A DNA stretch of 36,088 bases from NCBI RefSeq assembly GCF_004010195.1, contig NW_025214962.1:1-36088 (forward strand), in the 5' to 3' direction. This document shows positions 34,737 to 36,088 of the stretch, piece by piece. The notes below the pieces were generated by a model. The model did not search any database. It was not told the origin of the DNA and was given only the letters and a program-made list of their open reading frames with translations. Made by a program: the position numbers and the translations under genes. Position 1 is the stretch's first letter; the number at the start of each line of letters is the position of its first letter. The DNA comes from Chiloscyllium plagiosum (Eukaryota).

Positions 34737-35072
34737 GGGTGGCATCGTGGCTCAGAGATAAGCACTGATGCCTCACGACGCCAGGGACCCAGGTTTGATT
34801 CCCGCCTCAGGCAACTGCCTGTGTGGAGTTTGCACATTCTCTCCGTGTCTGCCTGGGTTTCCTCTGGGTGCTCCGGTTTAATCCCACAATCCAAAGATAT
34901 GCCGGTCAGGTGAATTGGCTATGCTAAATTGCCCATAGTGTTGGTGCATTAGTCAGGAGTAAATATAGGGTATTGGGAATGGGTCTGGATGGGATACTCT
35001 TCAGAGGATCGGTGTGGACTTGTTGGGCCGAAAGGCCTGTTTCCATTCTGTACGGAATGTAATCTAATCTAA
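34737..35072 (+). mobile_element. HE1-type V-SINE
   Basis: A and B boxes, V-domain, TAATC tail. Confidence 0.9.
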
Positions 35073-35454
35073 ATGTTTTCACGGGAAATGTTAGCTTGTC
35101 TTTCACTCTATTTTAATTGTTTCAATTTACTTGAAACCTTCCACAGGAACATTATTAACTGGACAAACAGGATTGCCCAACAATGGGGTGATTGTCATCT
35201 TCTTCCCTGAGGCTATATTCACCTCTATGTATACCACAGAAACTTTTACCATAATAAAATAATAATGAACCATTCCATTACAAAGCAAGCGTACTCACAT
35301 CTGCTTACAATAAACTTAGTTCCAGAGTTCACAGTGAGTGCAAATAATATTTGGATCCTTGAAATACAAACCAAAGTGGCAAGTATTCATATTTTCATGT
35401 ATATGTTCTCATATTTATTTAGTGTGTTGCAGCTGTCTATATATGTTACGAGTA

Positions 35455-36088
35455 TGGATTTACACTTAATGGTAAGGTCCTAGGGAGTGTTGCTGAACAA
35501 AGAGACCTTGGAGTGCAAGTTCATAGCTCCTTGAAAGTGGAGTCGCATGTAGATAGGTTAGTGAAGAAGGCATTTGGTATGCTTTCCTTTATTGGTCAGA
35601 GTATTGAGTACAGGAGTTGGGAGGTCATGTTGCGACTGTACAGGACATTGGTTAGGACACTGTTGGAATATTGCGTGCAATTCTGTTCTCCTTCCTATCG
35701 GAAAGATGTTGTGAAACTTGAAAGGGTTCAGAAAATATTTACAAGGATGTTGCCAGGGTTGGAGGATCTGAGCTACAGGGAGAGGCTGAACATGCTGGGG
35801 CTATTTTCCCTGGAGCGCGGAGGCTGAGGGGTGACCTTATAGAGGTTTACAAAATTATGTGGGTCATGGATAGGATAAATAGACAAAGTCTTTTCCGTGG
35901 GGTCGAGGAGATAGAACTAGAAAGCATAGGTTTAGGGTGAGAGGTGAAAGATATAAAAGAGACCTAAGAGGCAACTTTTTCACGCTGAGGGTGGTACGTA
36001 TATGGAATGAGGTGCCAGAGGATGTTGTGGAGGCTGGTACAATTGCAACATTTAAGAGGCACTTGGATGGCTATGTGAATAGGAAGGG
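35455..36088 (+). mobile_element. CR1/HER1-type LINE 3' portion, running off the window
   Basis: EQRDLGVQVHSSLKV..KKAFGMLSFI..LYRTLVRTLLEYCVQF. Confidence 0.93.

Overview
This is repeat-dense eukaryotic DNA, inferred to be shark/elasmobranch from HE1-type V-SINEs and CR1/HER1-type LINEs. Most of the window is decayed mobile elements: five HE1 SINEs, many CR1-clade LINE fragments, a 5'-truncated Ty3/Gypsy element, L2 and Tx1 fragments, a full-length but dead L1 with target-site duplications (TSDs), a Tc1/mariner-type MITE, and several Penelope-like (PLE) pseudo-LTR insertions, two of which carry recognisable minimal hammerhead ribozyme cores. Host-gene evidence is limited to a probable first coding exon on the minus strand (426-303) and a CpG-containing putative promoter/5' exon cluster on the plus strand (~12.9-14.6 kb) next to a 53-bp minisatellite; neither gene could be named. 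Most tracked ORFs are transposon remnants or spurious. The most interesting observations are the hammerhead-bearing PLE inserts, a twin-priming-like inverted CR1 insertion, a templated inverted duplication containing a tRNA-Phe half, and two unidentified decayed coding-like stretches. I found no convincing intact novel system. Repeat boundaries were read by eye and are approximate.
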